NCBI GenBank assembly: GCA_040374085.1
Contig: JBEIVB010000004.1
Location: 79-64,078 of the forward strand
Length of the DNA: 64,000 nt
Direction of reading: 5' to 3'
From: Flavobacteriales bacterium
Lineage (GTDB): Bacteria; Bacteroidota; Bacteroidia; UBA4408
In this document: positions 29,676-38,790 of the stretch, piece by piece
Numbering within the stretch: the first letter of the stretch is position 1
Layout of the letters: every line of letters starts with the position of its first letter
Program-made: the position numbers and the translations under genes
The notes under the pieces: generated by a model
Told to the model about the DNA's origin: nothing
Databases searched by the model: none
What the model saw: the letters and a program-made list of their open reading frames with translations, nothing else

Positions 29676-29867
29676 TTATGCGAGTTTTACGTTTACTGCA
29701 TTCAATCCTTTTTTTCCTTCTTTCACATCGAAAGACACGTTATTGTCTTCCTTAATCTGGTCAACCAGACCGGTGATGTGAACGAAGATTTCGTTACCGG
29801 TTTCATCATCTACGATGAAGCCGAAGCCTTTGGTAACGTTGAAAAATTTTACTTTACCGGTTTTCAT
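29676..29867 (-). CDS. cspA: Cold-shock protein (CspA family)
   Basis: MKTGKVKFFNVTKGFGFIVDDETGNEIFVHITGL shows the RNP1/RNP2 motifs; 63 aa. It is preceded on its own strand by a long untranslated leader of about 166 nt. Confidence 0.9.
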   Translation of the reverse strand: MKTGKVKFFNVTKGFGFIVDDETGNEIFVHITGLVDQIKEDNNVSFDVKEGKKGLNAVNVKLA

Positions 29868-30033
29868 TAATGGTGTTGGGTTAATGGTGAATGTTTCAAA
29901 AGTAGTCTTTATTCTGTTCGAATACTTCGAAATGCCAAATATTTTTGTAGAATTTCAAAGATGAACGTCCAATTTTTGACGACATGAAGGTCAATTTAAA
30001 CACCAAATGAAGGGTTTTGGTGATGAGCGGCCT

Positions 30034-31122
30034 TTACGCAATGGTCCAAGTGCTGTTGCCACGGATCAAGGAATCGAGGGACGGAGCGTTGCCACCAGCT
30101 TTGGTTTTTGCCTGAGCAAGTTGAGCCTCAAGGGCATCTTCATAACAGGTCTGCGATGTTTGATGAAACACTCCAAACGGCCTAGGTAAGGCATCTGAGG
30201 CAGTGGGATCGTCGAAGAAACGTGCCAATAGGTGCGCTTTTGCTCCATCGGAAGGATCGTGAATCCAAAGACCACTGTGATGTTCAGCCTCAGACCATGA
30301 CATCACCTTAGGCTTATGGCCATCGAGTACCAGGGCGTATTCTTGTTCGTTTCCGAACCGCAAAGGCTTGCCTGGATCCAAAAACAAGGTATGTGCTTTT
30401 TTCGTGCCCTTTTCCGTGAAAACCTCAAATGCTCCATCGTTGAACACATTGCAGTTTTGGTAGATTTCCACCAAGGCACTGCCCTTGTGCTCATGGGCAC
30501 GGCGGAGGATGTCGCGCAGGTGACCCGGATCGCGGTCCATGCTGCGGGCCACAAAGGTGGCGTTTGCACCCAAGGCCAGTGCCAAGGGGTTGAAGGGGTG
30601 GTCGATAACCCCCATAGGCGACGATTTGGTGATTTGTCCTTCTACCGATGTGGGAGAGTACTGCCCTTTGGTGAGTCCATAGATTTCATTGTTGAACAGC
30701 AGGATGGTAACGTCCACGTTGCGACGCAAGAGGTGGATGAGGTGGTTTCCGCCTATGGAAAGGGCATCGCCATCGCCGGTAACAATCCACACGCTGAGTT
30801 CGGGCCGGGTGGCTTTTAGGCCGGTGGCAATGGCTGTGGCACGCCCGTGGATGCTGTGCATGCCGTAGGTTTCCATGTAATATGGAAAGCGGCTCGAACA
30901 GCCAATGCCGGAGATGAACACGATGTTTTCGCGCGCAAGGCCGAGATCCGGCATAACGCTTTGAACCTGTTTTAGGATGGAATAATCGCCGCAACCCGGA
31001 CACCACCGAACTTCCTGATCGGTTACAAAGTCTTTGGGGCTGAGGGCGGTTGGAGTGGAGCTCATAATGGGTTGCTTGATGTTAAGAAAAGCTGGGCGAG
31101 GTAAAACATCCCTATGGTACAA
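30034..31122 (-). CDS. korB: 2-oxoglutarate/2-oxoacid:ferredoxin oxidoreductase beta subunit (TPP-binding)
   Basis: VRWCPGCGDYSIL plus a TPP-binding GDG...N motif (VTGDGDALSIGGNH). The probable start is MSSTPT at about 31065. No korA is adjacent. Confidence 0.8.
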   Translation of the reverse strand: MYHRDVLPRPAFLNIKQPIMSSTPTALSPKDFVTDQEVRWCPGCGDYSILKQVQSVMPDLGLARENIVFISGIGCSSRFPYYMETYGMHSIHGRATAIATGLKATRPELSVWIVTGDGDALSIGGNHLIHLLRRNVDVTILLFNNEIYGLTKGQYSPTSVEGQITKSSPMGVIDHPFNPLALALGANATFVARSMDRDPGHLRDILRRAHEHKGSALVEIYQNCNVFNDGAFEVFTEKGTKKAHTLFLDPGKPLRFGNEQEYALVLDGHKPKVMSWSEAEHHSGLWIHDPSDGAKAHLLARFFDDPTASDALPRPFGVFHQTSQTCYEDALEAQLAQAKTKAGGNAPSLDSLIRGNSTWTIA

Positions 31123-31128
31123 AGGTTC

Positions 31129-31524
31129 TCAACCTCCACGTTGAACGGTTTTCATGAGGGATCCGTCTTCGTGGTAAAAGTTCCATGGACCTACCGCGCT
31201 GTCTTGGCGATAGTTGCCTTCGTAGCGGCTTCGGCCGCTGGGGTAGTACACCACCGAGCGTCCCTCTCGTTTTCCTAAGTGGTAGTCGCAACGAGATTGT
31301 ATGGTTCCTGTGGCGTAATAAAAAAGCCAAACCCCTTCGCGCTGGCCCTTTACCAACTCGCCCTGCATCTGTATGCGGCCATTGGGATAGTGGTCAGAAT
31401 ACAATCCGGTATAGCTGGCCAGGGTATCGACAGGAGGTTTTTTTGGGTCGGGATCCTTTTTTCTCGGGGAACATGCCACCAGGGTGGATCCAATGAAAAT
31501 TAGGGCGATGGTGGTACGCATCAT
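31129..31524 (-). CDS. MORN-repeat lipoprotein
   Basis: Lipoprotein signal MMRTTIALIFIGSTLVAC and repeated YxNGxxxxxGxxxxGxxxGxW units. The tracked ORF extends to 31581. Confidence 0.7.
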   Translation of the reverse strand: MMRTTIALIFIGSTLVACSPRKKDPDPKKPPVDTLASYTGLYSDHYPNGRIQMQGELVKGQREGVWLFYYATGTIQSRCDYHLGKREGRSVVYYPSGRSRYEGNYRQDSAVGPWNFYHEDGSLMKTVQRGG

Positions 31525-32498
31525 TTGGTTCGTTCGGTGGTATATACAACCAGTTCGCGCAAGGAATCGCGTGCCGGACAAGGATTAAAGTGTTGCAGTA
31601 TTTCCAGCGCCTCGGCGCGGTATTGCAACATGCGTTGGGTGGCGTATTCAATGCCGCCGTAATGGGTAACCAATGCCATTACTTCATCCACCGCGCTGGG
31701 GTCGTTGTGGTTGTGTTGCACGGTGCGGATCATGTCTCTGCGCTCCCGGTCTGTGGCCTTTTGCAGGGCAAAGATCAAGGGCAGGGTCATTTTTTTCTCT
31801 TTGATGTCGTTGCCGGTAGGCTTGCCCACATCGCCGGTGCCGTAATCGAAGAGGTCGTCTTTAAGTTGAAACGCAATGCCGGTGAGTTCTCCAAACCGGC
31901 GCATCTGTTCTACTTGCTCGGTTGAGGCACCGGTGCTGAAGGCCCCGCATGCGCAGCAACTGGCAATGAGACTGGCCGTTTTCTGGCGGATGATATCGAA
32001 GTACACCGGTTCGCGTATGTCGAGCCTGCGGGCTTTCTCCATTTGCAGCAGCTCGCCTTCGCTCATCTCCCGCACGGCGTTGGATACGATGCGCAACAGT
32101 CCATGCTCTTCATGATCTACCGAGAGCAACAATCCTTGCGACAACAGGTAATCGCCTACCAACACCGCAATCTTATTTTTCCAAAGGGCGTTTACCGAAA
32201 AGAACCCGCGCCTCTCCATGCTGTCGTCCACCACATCGTCGTGTACCAGGGTGGCGGTGTGCAGCAATTCTATGAGGGAGGCCGCTCGATAAGTGCTTTC
32301 GGTTGTTCCGCCAAGCAACTCGGCAGAGAGGAACACAAACATGGGACGCATCTGCTTGCCCTTGCGCCGCACAATGTATTGGGTGATTTTATCCAGCAGG
32401 GGAACCTGGCTGCGCATGGAGGCTTTGAACTTCTCCTCGAAGATGCCCATCTGTGTTTGGATGGGTTGCTGAATGCGGTCTAAGGGACTTGAAGCCAT
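31521..32498 (-). CDS. ispB: Polyprenyl diphosphate synthase (octaprenyl/solanesyl type)
   Basis: First DDxxD motif LVHDDVVDDS and second GIAFQLKDDLFDY. Confidence 0.85.
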   Translation of the reverse strand: MASSPLDRIQQPIQTQMGIFEEKFKASMRSQVPLLDKITQYIVRRKGKQMRPMFVFLSAELLGGTTESTYRAASLIELLHTATLVHDDVVDDSMERRGFFSVNALWKNKIAVLVGDYLLSQGLLLSVDHEEHGLLRIVSNAVREMSEGELLQMEKARRLDIREPVYFDIIRQKTASLIASCCACGAFSTGASTEQVEQMRRFGELTGIAFQLKDDLFDYGTGDVGKPTGNDIKEKKMTLPLIFALQKATDRERRDMIRTVQHNHNDPSAVDEVMALVTHYGGIEYATQRMLQYRAEALEILQHFNPCPARDSLRELVVYTTERTK

Positions 32499-32601
32499 GG
32501 TTTGGGGCTACAAACTTCCGAAAAAATACGCCTTACCCCAGAATAAAAACAAATCGGCCCCCTGATTTCAGGAGGCCGAAGATTGTTGATCGAAACTAGA
32601 A

Positions 32602-32814
32602 TTAATTACAGGTTGCAGTGGTACCTTCAAATGCTGCCTCAATTTGTTGGGCAGCCTCAAATGCATCGCGCTCTGAAGATGAAGTGCTGCAAAACTCTTC
32701 CGTTACCTGAGTATCTCCGGGAGGAGTGTAGGAGCAGGTTACGCACTTTTTGCAGGAAGAAAATACGGAGCATACCATTAGAGCTGCACCAAACAGAATG
32801 GTTACTTTTTTCAT
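32602..32814 (-). CDS. Small lipoprotein (70 aa) with four conserved Cys after the lipobox, paralogue A
   Basis: MKKVTILFGAALMVCSVFSSC-KKCVTCSYTPPGDTQVTEEFCSTSSSERDAFEAAQQIEAAFEGTTATCN: a signal peptide with a lipobox (SSC), then CxxCxxC...C...C. Confidence 0.7.
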   Translation of the reverse strand: MKKVTILFGAALMVCSVFSSCKKCVTCSYTPPGDTQVTEEFCSTSSSERDAFEAAQQIEAAFEGTTATCN

Positions 32815-32934
32815 GGGTTTGTTTGTTTGTTTAAGGTTTTAATGAATTCGACGAATGGCAATTATTGGAACATGAATGCCAAAAAAAATGACAAACACTG
32901 TGTGTCGTTCCCCACTAGGATGGTCGGATGCTGA

Positions 32935-33147
32935 TTATTCGCAGGTTGCGGTGGTTCCGGCAAATGAGGCAGCAATCTCTTGGCCAGCTTTGAATGCATC
33001 GCGCTCTGTTGAAGAGGTACTGCAGTATTCCTCAGATACTTTGGCCTCGCCAGGAGGAGTATAGGAACAGGTAACACACTTCTTGCAAGAAGTAAATGAC
33101 ATTCCGGCTACTAAGGCCGCTGCAAAAAAAAGGACACTTTTTTTCAT
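32935..33147 (-). CDS. Small lipoprotein (70 aa) with four conserved Cys, paralogue B
   Basis: MKKSVLFFAAALVAGMSFTSC-KKCVTCSYTPPGEAKVSEEYCSTSSTERDAFKAGQEIAASFAGTTATCE. About 70% identical to paralogue A, with a duplicated upstream region (TCATTTTT..GCATT). Confidence 0.7.
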   Translation of the reverse strand: MKKSVLFFAAALVAGMSFTSCKKCVTCSYTPPGEAKVSEEYCSTSSTERDAFKAGQEIAASFAGTTATCE

Positions 33148-33245
33148 GAGTTAAGGGTTGATGGTTTGTTGTGCGGTAAATATAATGCTCAAAAATGAAA
33201 GTGGTAAGAGCGTTTAGATGAATTGCGTTCAGAATCTTACTGTTT

Positions 33246-34184
33246 TTATCTAGCCGGATTCGAACGATTCAGGGCTTGTCGCAACGCAGTGGTGCTGAAG
33301 CTATGGTAGTTGAAGTCTGCTACTACCACACCCTGGTGCACCACGCAAATTCTGGGCGATCCGCTCTTGAGACGGGTAAAGAAGCTGTTGAAGTCGTATA
33401 CCCGGTAGGGCATGTTTATGTGTGCATCCTCTAAAAAGGCTGGAATTTGCCGGGCCTCTCCCAAGAAAAACCCAAGCATTTGGGGCAATGGAGATTCTTT
33501 TTGCATCACCCCTAAGGCAAGAGCCAGTTCTTGGCAGTGGGAGCAGTTGGGGTTGAAAAACACCGCCAAGTAGGTTCCATTTTTCCAATTTATGGGTTTT
33601 GATGCCCCAGAAAACACGGTCTCGGATAGGAAAAGGGTTTCACCGTTTGCGCCGGGTTTTCCCGGTGCAGTTGGGGTTTGGTTTAAAGGACCTGCCAACA
33701 GTACCGCAGAAACTGCCGCAGGAAGCAAAGCCAGCGTTATCCAGGGCAGACTCCACGCATAACGCGGACTTTTCATCCATAATACAAGAACAATAAAACT
33801 CAATCCTATGTTTTTTAATATCGATTGCAGAGGGGTCATAGAGAACCAGTTGCCAAAACAACCGCAGTTGCCGCTGTTTCCGTGTTTGGCAATGGTAATA
33901 ACCAGGTGCGCGGTAAACAGAGTCAGCAAGAAACCGGTAGCGGGTAGCACCCAGCGGTGGATGCGGTGGTTCACCAGCAGGGCCGTTCCCAGCCAGAACT
34001 CAAGCACTATGGCAGCTCGGGCCACGAGCGGTGCGGAAGAATAGGTGGCCACACCGGCAAATACCAGATTCAATTCAAACAGGGCTATGGGGAAGAGCTT
34101 GGAAACCGCAGATAGAATAAACACGCATCCCAACACCCATCGCAGGGCAATCCAGGAAATCTGAGCCAATCGGTTTTGCTGCAT
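33246..34184 (-). CDS. MauE/DoxX-family membrane protein fused to a thioredoxin-like (TlpA-like) CxxC domain
   Basis: The N-terminal half has multiple TM segments and the conserved MauE CGCFG motif (GNSGNCGCFGNWF). The C-terminal half contains YLAVFFNPNCSHCQELA (a CxxC thioredoxin-fold active site). It is the first gene of a same-strand three-gene cluster. Confidence 0.75.
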   Translation of the reverse strand: MQQNRLAQISWIALRWVLGCVFILSAVSKLFPIALFELNLVFAGVATYSSAPLVARAAIVLEFWLGTALLVNHRIHRWVLPATGFLLTLFTAHLVITIAKHGNSGNCGCFGNWFSMTPLQSILKNIGLSFIVLVLWMKSPRYAWSLPWITLALLPAAVSAVLLAGPLNQTPTAPGKPGANGETLFLSETVFSGASKPINWKNGTYLAVFFNPNCSHCQELALALGVMQKESPLPQMLGFFLGEARQIPAFLEDAHINMPYRVYDFNSFFTRLKSGSPRICVVHQGVVVADFNYHSFSTTALRQALNRSNPAR

Positions 34185-34236
34185 ACTCGGCCAAAGGTAA
34201 ACGCAATGTTCTGCACAACCGAAAAATCGGGTTACT

Positions 34237-35211
34237 TTGTGTCGTTGTTCAATTAAAAGACCGTTGGAACTTCACCAAGGATTTTCTGCTTTCGTAAAGT
34301 TGCGTCCTATTCCCGGCGCGGTGGTAACCATTGGCACCTTTGACGGGGTGCATTTGGGGCATCGTAAAATTTTGCAATGCATCCGATCGCACGCTCAGCA
34401 GCGTGGCGGACAAAGCGTGCTGGTAACCTTTGAACCTCATCCGCGCATGGTGTTGTTTCCCGACGACCACGGCTTGAAATTGCTCAGTACACCGGAAGAG
34501 AAGCAGGCCCGCCTGAAAGCAGAAGGGCTGGATCATTTGGTTGTGCTGCCCTTTACCCACGCCTTTTCTCGCATGACCGGGATGGAGTTTGTGCGCGAGG
34601 TTTTGGTGAACGGCTTAGGGGCTAAGCTCCTTGTTATAGGATACGACCACCATTTCGGACGCAACCGGGAGGGCAGCTTTGAGCAGCTTCAGGCATACGC
34701 CCCATCTTATGGATTTCAGGTTGAAGAGATTCCTGCTCAAGATGTAGATGCGGTGGCAGTTAGCTCCTCCAAGATCCGAGTTGCATTAGATGCAGGCGAC
34801 GTGGATAATGCCCGGAAATTATTGGGTTATTATTATGGATTTTCCGGCACGGTTGTGCACGGCAAAGCCTTGGGTAGAACACTGGGTTTCCCAACCGCCA
34901 ACCTGCAGGTGGGCAATCCTCACAAGTTGATTCCTGCGGCCGGTGTGTATGCCGTAAAAGCATTTTTGCGCAAGATGGAACTCAATGGGGTGATGCACAT
35001 AGGTACTCCCGGAGAGACTCAGGCCTCGGGAGAAATTAGGCCCGAGGTGCATCTGTTCGATTTCTCCGATATGTGTTATGGCGAAACCATCCGCATTGAG
35101 TGCATTACCCGCCTGCGCGAAGACAGGCACTTCACATCAGAGAGCGCCTTGGTAATGCAAATGCAGATCGATGCGGAGCAGGCTAAGGTTTGCTTGGGTA
35201 TGGAAGTATGA
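34237..35211 (+). CDS. ribF: Bifunctional riboflavin kinase / FMN adenylyltransferase
   Basis: VVTIGTFDGVHLGHRKIL plus a C-terminal riboflavin kinase domain. The start codon is uncertain (TTG at 34237 or an in-frame TTG at about 34264). Confidence 0.85.
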   Translation: MCRCSIKRPLELHQGFSAFVKLRPIPGAVVTIGTFDGVHLGHRKILQCIRSHAQQRGGQSVLVTFEPHPRMVLFPDDHGLKLLSTPEEKQARLKAEGLDHLVVLPFTHAFSRMTGMEFVREVLVNGLGAKLLVIGYDHHFGRNREGSFEQLQAYAPSYGFQVEEIPAQDVDAVAVSSSKIRVALDAGDVDNARKLLGYYYGFSGTVVHGKALGRTLGFPTANLQVGNPHKLIPAAGVYAVKAFLRKMELNGVMHIGTPGETQASGEIRPEVHLFDFSDMCYGETIRIECITRLREDRHFTSESALVMQMQIDAEQAKVCLGMEV

Positions 35212-35780
35212 GCATGCGGTGTGTCTTGGTTCTTGCCTGTTTGTTTTCGGTTAGAGGACTTTCGAATGCAGGCCAAAAGCCGGAGCGACTGCAATATGCC
35301 GCTCTTCACCCTGCGGAGGTTCAAAGCCTCAGCCTAAGACGTCAGCGTCTGGTGCAGGTTCCTTCGGTGGTCTTTACAATGCACCGGTTAAAGCGCCTCG
35401 ATCTTTCGCACAACAGACTCTCTGAGCTGCCCGATAGCCTTTTTATGCTCGATAGTTTGGAGGAACTGCTGGTGTGCGACAACCGTTTGGAGAATCTCAA
35501 TCCCTCCATCTTTCGGTTGCGCCGATTGAAACGCCTCACCCTATGTCAGAACCGCTTGGCCTGGCTGCCGCGCGAGGTTGCGCAACTCGACAGCTTGAAC
35601 CACCTCGATCTTTGGAACAATCAACTCTCCACTCTCCCCGATGCCCTAGCGCAGAGCTTAAGCCTGCGTTGGATCGATGTGAGGGGAAACCCAGTTTCCC
35701 TAGAGGTGCAAAAAATCTGGAATCATCGTTTGCCCAAGACGAAGGTGTTTTTTTCCAAAACCTGCAACTGCGGGGGGTAA
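35208..35780 (+). CDS. Small leucine-rich-repeat (LRR) protein with a signal peptide
   Basis: MSMRCVLVLACLFSV, then at least six LxxLxLxxNxLxxLP repeats. Its start overlaps the ribF stop by 4 nt (ATGA). Confidence 0.7.
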   Translation: MSMRCVLVLACLFSVRGLSNAGQKPERLQYAALHPAEVQSLSLRRQRLVQVPSVVFTMHRLKRLDLSHNRLSELPDSLFMLDSLEELLVCDNRLENLNPSIFRLRRLKRLTLCQNRLAWLPREVAQLDSLNHLDLWNNQLSTLPDALAQSLSLRWIDVRGNPVSLEVQKIWNHRLPKTKVFFSKTCNCGG

Positions 35781-35784
35781 CGAT

Positions 35785-36159
35785 TTATTGAAGCTTCGGA
35801 TTGTTGCGGTGTCGCTCGGCATCGCGTCGGGTCTTTTTCTCCAAGTTGCGCCTCAGTGCCTCCTCCAAACTCACACCGGTCTGGTTGGCTAAGCAAATCA
35901 ATACAAACAACACATCGGCCAGTTCATCTCCCAGGTCCTGTTCCGCATCCTCCGATTTTTTCGATTGGTCGCCGTATCGGCGGGCCATGATGCGGGCTAC
36001 TTCGCCCACTTCCTCCGTGAGTATGGCCATGTTGGTTAGCTCGGAGAAATACCGAACTCCAAAGGTTCGTATCCATTCGTCAACTTGGCTTTGGGCTTCT
36101 GAAAGGGTCATGGCAGGAATGGGTTTAGGTGGGTTGCGGAACAGGCGGTTAAAGCACAT
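35785..36159 (-). CDS. MazG-like nucleotide pyrophosphohydrolase
   Basis: EEVGEVARIM...ELADVLFVLICLAN, the EExxE/D motifs of the MazG/NTP-PPase fold; 124 aa. Confidence 0.75.
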   Translation of the reverse strand: MCFNRLFRNPPKPIPAMTLSEAQSQVDEWIRTFGVRYFSELTNMAILTEEVGEVARIMARRYGDQSKKSEDAEQDLGDELADVLFVLICLANQTGVSLEEALRRNLEKKTRRDAERHRNNPKLQ

Positions 36160-36260
36160 GCAAAATGCCTTACATCCCTCACCCAGGTGCGCTTGGAATT
36201 GCCTATGGAAACGGTTCGGGCAACAATAATAATACTTTTGCCTCGTTGAACCTCCAATTC

Positions 36261-37712
36261 ATGCGCGCCCTTTATTTCCTCCGTTTGCTCACGTGCTGCA
36301 TTGCTTTGTTGCTGCTGAGCAATGCGTGTAGGCGAACCCCACTTTACAATACCGATGAAGGTGCACGTCTTCGATTTTCTTCAGACACGCTTTTGTTTGA
36401 TACCGTGTTCACAACGGTGGGCTCAGCCACCCGAGTGCTAAAGGTGTACAACCCCACATCGAGTACGCTGCTGCTCTCCGAGATTCGGCTGGCCGGCGGA
36501 AATGCCTCAGCCTTCCGATTAAATATAGATGGACTTAAAGCACCCGTTGCAACCCGCGTTGAAATTGAACCCGGAGACAGTCTCTATGTTTTTGCGGCGG
36601 TTACGGTTCAGCCCAACAATGTAAACTCTCCATTGATTGTAGCCGACTCCATTCTGTTTACGCTCAACGGGCAAAGGCAACAGGTAAATTTGGTTGCCTG
36701 GGGGCAAGATGCGCATTACATACGCGGCACCAACCGGCTGGGCAATCTGCGCTACAAGATCGTTGCCGGAACCAATGCGGATACCTCTTGGTCGGCAGAT
36801 AAGCCCATTGTGGTGTATGGCTATGCGGTAGTAGATTCGGCAGGCACCCTTCGCATTCCGGCCGGTGCACGCGTGCATTTTTTCCGCAACTCGGGTCTCT
36901 GGGTTTACCGTGGCGGTCGTTTGCTGGTCGAGGGCACCCAAACTCAACCGGTAAATTTTCAAGGTACCCGCCTCGAGGCCGATTACCGCGATCTGGCCGG
37001 GCAATGGGACCGCATTTGGATCAACGAAGGAGCTGCATCCCGCATCAAATGGGCCATCATCCGAAATGCTTTCATCGGCATTCAGGCAGAAACTCTTATC
37101 GGTCGTTATCAGCCCGACGATACCTTCTTAGAAATTTACAATACTAAAATTTTAAATATGTCGGGTGCAGGAATCTTAGCCCGGCTTTTTACCATTAAAG
37201 GAGTCAACAATCTCGTTGCCAATTGCGGTGGGTATTGCGCTGCACTAACCCTGGGTGGAGCCTACGAATTCAGACAATGTACGTTCGCCAATTTCTGGAC
37301 CTATCCGATCAGGAAAACACCAGCCGTACTGCTGAACAATTACAACAATTCCGGCAGTTTACCACTTAGTCAGGCCGATTTTTATAATTGTTTGATCGTA
37401 GGATCCAACGAAGAGGAATTGGTGCTGGATGCGGCACTAAACGCATCCCCCTTTTCCTACGCATTCAAAAATTGCCAACTCCGAGTAAAAGCCGACTTCA
37501 CACTTACTTCTGCGTTTGCTTCCTGTGCAAAAAATGTTTTAACCAACGACCGCGATTTTTTTACCGATTCAGAGAACTCGAAATACAGTCTAAAAGACAA
37601 CAGTCCTGCAATAGGATTTGGTAATGCGGCGCATGTTTTACCCGAGTTCTCTTCAGACTTGGAAGGAAACCCATGGAAAAGCCCGCCATCGGCAGGATGT
37701 TTTGAAAAGTAA
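36261..37712 (+). CDS. Hypothetical lipoprotein
   Basis: Lipoprotein signal MRALYFLRLLTCCIALLLLSNAC; 484 aa, mostly beta-rich. The tracked ORF starts further upstream at 36165. Confidence 0.6.
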   Translation: MRALYFLRLLTCCIALLLLSNACRRTPLYNTDEGARLRFSSDTLLFDTVFTTVGSATRVLKVYNPTSSTLLLSEIRLAGGNASAFRLNIDGLKAPVATRVEIEPGDSLYVFAAVTVQPNNVNSPLIVADSILFTLNGQRQQVNLVAWGQDAHYIRGTNRLGNLRYKIVAGTNADTSWSADKPIVVYGYAVVDSAGTLRIPAGARVHFFRNSGLWVYRGGRLLVEGTQTQPVNFQGTRLEADYRDLAGQWDRIWINEGAASRIKWAIIRNAFIGIQAETLIGRYQPDDTFLEIYNTKILNMSGAGILARLFTIKGVNNLVANCGGYCAALTLGGAYEFRQCTFANFWTYPIRKTPAVLLNNYNNSGSLPLSQADFYNCLIVGSNEEELVLDAALNASPFSYAFKNCQLRVKADFTLTSAFASCAKNVLTNDRDFFTDSENSKYSLKDNSPAIGFGNAAHVLPEFSSDLEGNPWKSPPSAGCFEK

Positions 37713-37716
37713 AAAA

Positions 37717-38790
37717 TTATAAAAAGCGGATTCGCCTGGCCTTGTTTTTTGAGCGTCCTGAATCCATGTTGGCATTGAAGGCAATGCAAATTTCAAACCC
37801 ACCGTTGCTACGGTTTGCATTGGATAAAGACGACAAGGTAAAATCATAACTCACGCCAAAAGCAAGTTTGTTCACCTCATAACGAATCACCGGAGCTAAA
37901 GCGTCGCCGTACCTGAAAAGCAGCCCCGTATACAAAGATGTTTCTTTGTTAAACTCAGTGTACTTTGAATTAATACCCAAAATAAATCGGCTTCCAAACC
38001 CGACATTAATGAGCTGTTGGGGGCCCATTCTGGAGTACATCAAAGAAGGTACAAATCGAATTTTGGCGTCAAATCCTGAGGTGAGCTCGGATATGACATA
38101 TGCATTAAACCTCATCGGCATGCTCGAATTCTCAGAGGCAGCAAAACTGATGTTGGGTTGGTTTATGTTTTGCAAGGATATCCCCCCTTTAATTTGAACA
38201 TCAGGGTTTATTTGTCCGTTGTAGAGTGCACCTACACTGAAAGTTGTGTAGTTGAAGTTTCTTCTTCCCTGTGTTGTAAAAATGTCTTCCTGAGAAGAAA
38301 TTTTAGGGTCGAAAACATTTCGGTCTGAACTCCACTGATTGTCCCAGGTTAACTCTGAGAGATTATCGGTGCGGGATTTTTGATTGATTCCACCCTGAAA
38401 GCCGAACGAAATGAAATGGTTGCCCGATGGATCAAAGGCTTTGGTATAAGAGGCAGAAACAAGTATAGAGGTTGTAGTAAGATCCCAGAAGCCTTGGGAG
38501 TGGCGAGCAGCTACCAAGCCAACACCAAAAAAGTTTAACCCCGATCCCTTAGGATAAATACACAGATCAAGGGAACTTCCGATGGTGCTGAAGGGCGATT
38601 TTCCGATGCCGCGCCATTGGTCGCGATAGTTGGTGGTCAATCGAAAATCGCGGTTTAGCACCCCGGTTTCGCCAGGATTCAATACCATGGGATTGTTATT
38701 GAATTGCGTGAAATGAAAATCTTGGGCCAAGCCTCTTGAAAAAGAGAAAAGCACCAGGACCGTAATTCCAAGTAGGGAGTGTTTTTTCAT
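37717..38790 (-). CDS. Type IX secretion system membrane protein of the PorP/SprF family
   Basis: Signal peptide, then the N-terminal motif QDFHFTQFNNNPMVLNPGETG characteristic of PorP/SprF, and a beta-barrel-like composition. Confidence 0.8.
   Translation of the reverse strand: MKKHSLLGITVLVLFSFSRGLAQDFHFTQFNNNPMVLNPGETGVLNRDFRLTTNYRDQWRGIGKSPFSTIGSSLDLCIYPKGSGLNFFGVGLVAARHSQGFWDLTTTSILVSASYTKAFDPSGNHFISFGFQGGINQKSRTDNLSELTWDNQWSSDRNVFDPKISSQEDIFTTQGRRNFNYTTFSVGALYNGQINPDVQIKGGISLQNINQPNISFAASENSSMPMRFNAYVISELTSGFDAKIRFVPSLMYSRMGPQQLINVGFGSRFILGINSKYTEFNKETSLYTGLLFRYGDALAPVIRYEVNKLAFGVSYDFTLSSLSNANRSNGGFEICIAFNANMDSGRSKNKARRIRFL

Noticed and set aside
29868-30033. Long 5' leader of cspA as a distinct riboregulator
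   Set aside because: Long csp leaders are expected, and I could not identify a specific conserved structure by eye.
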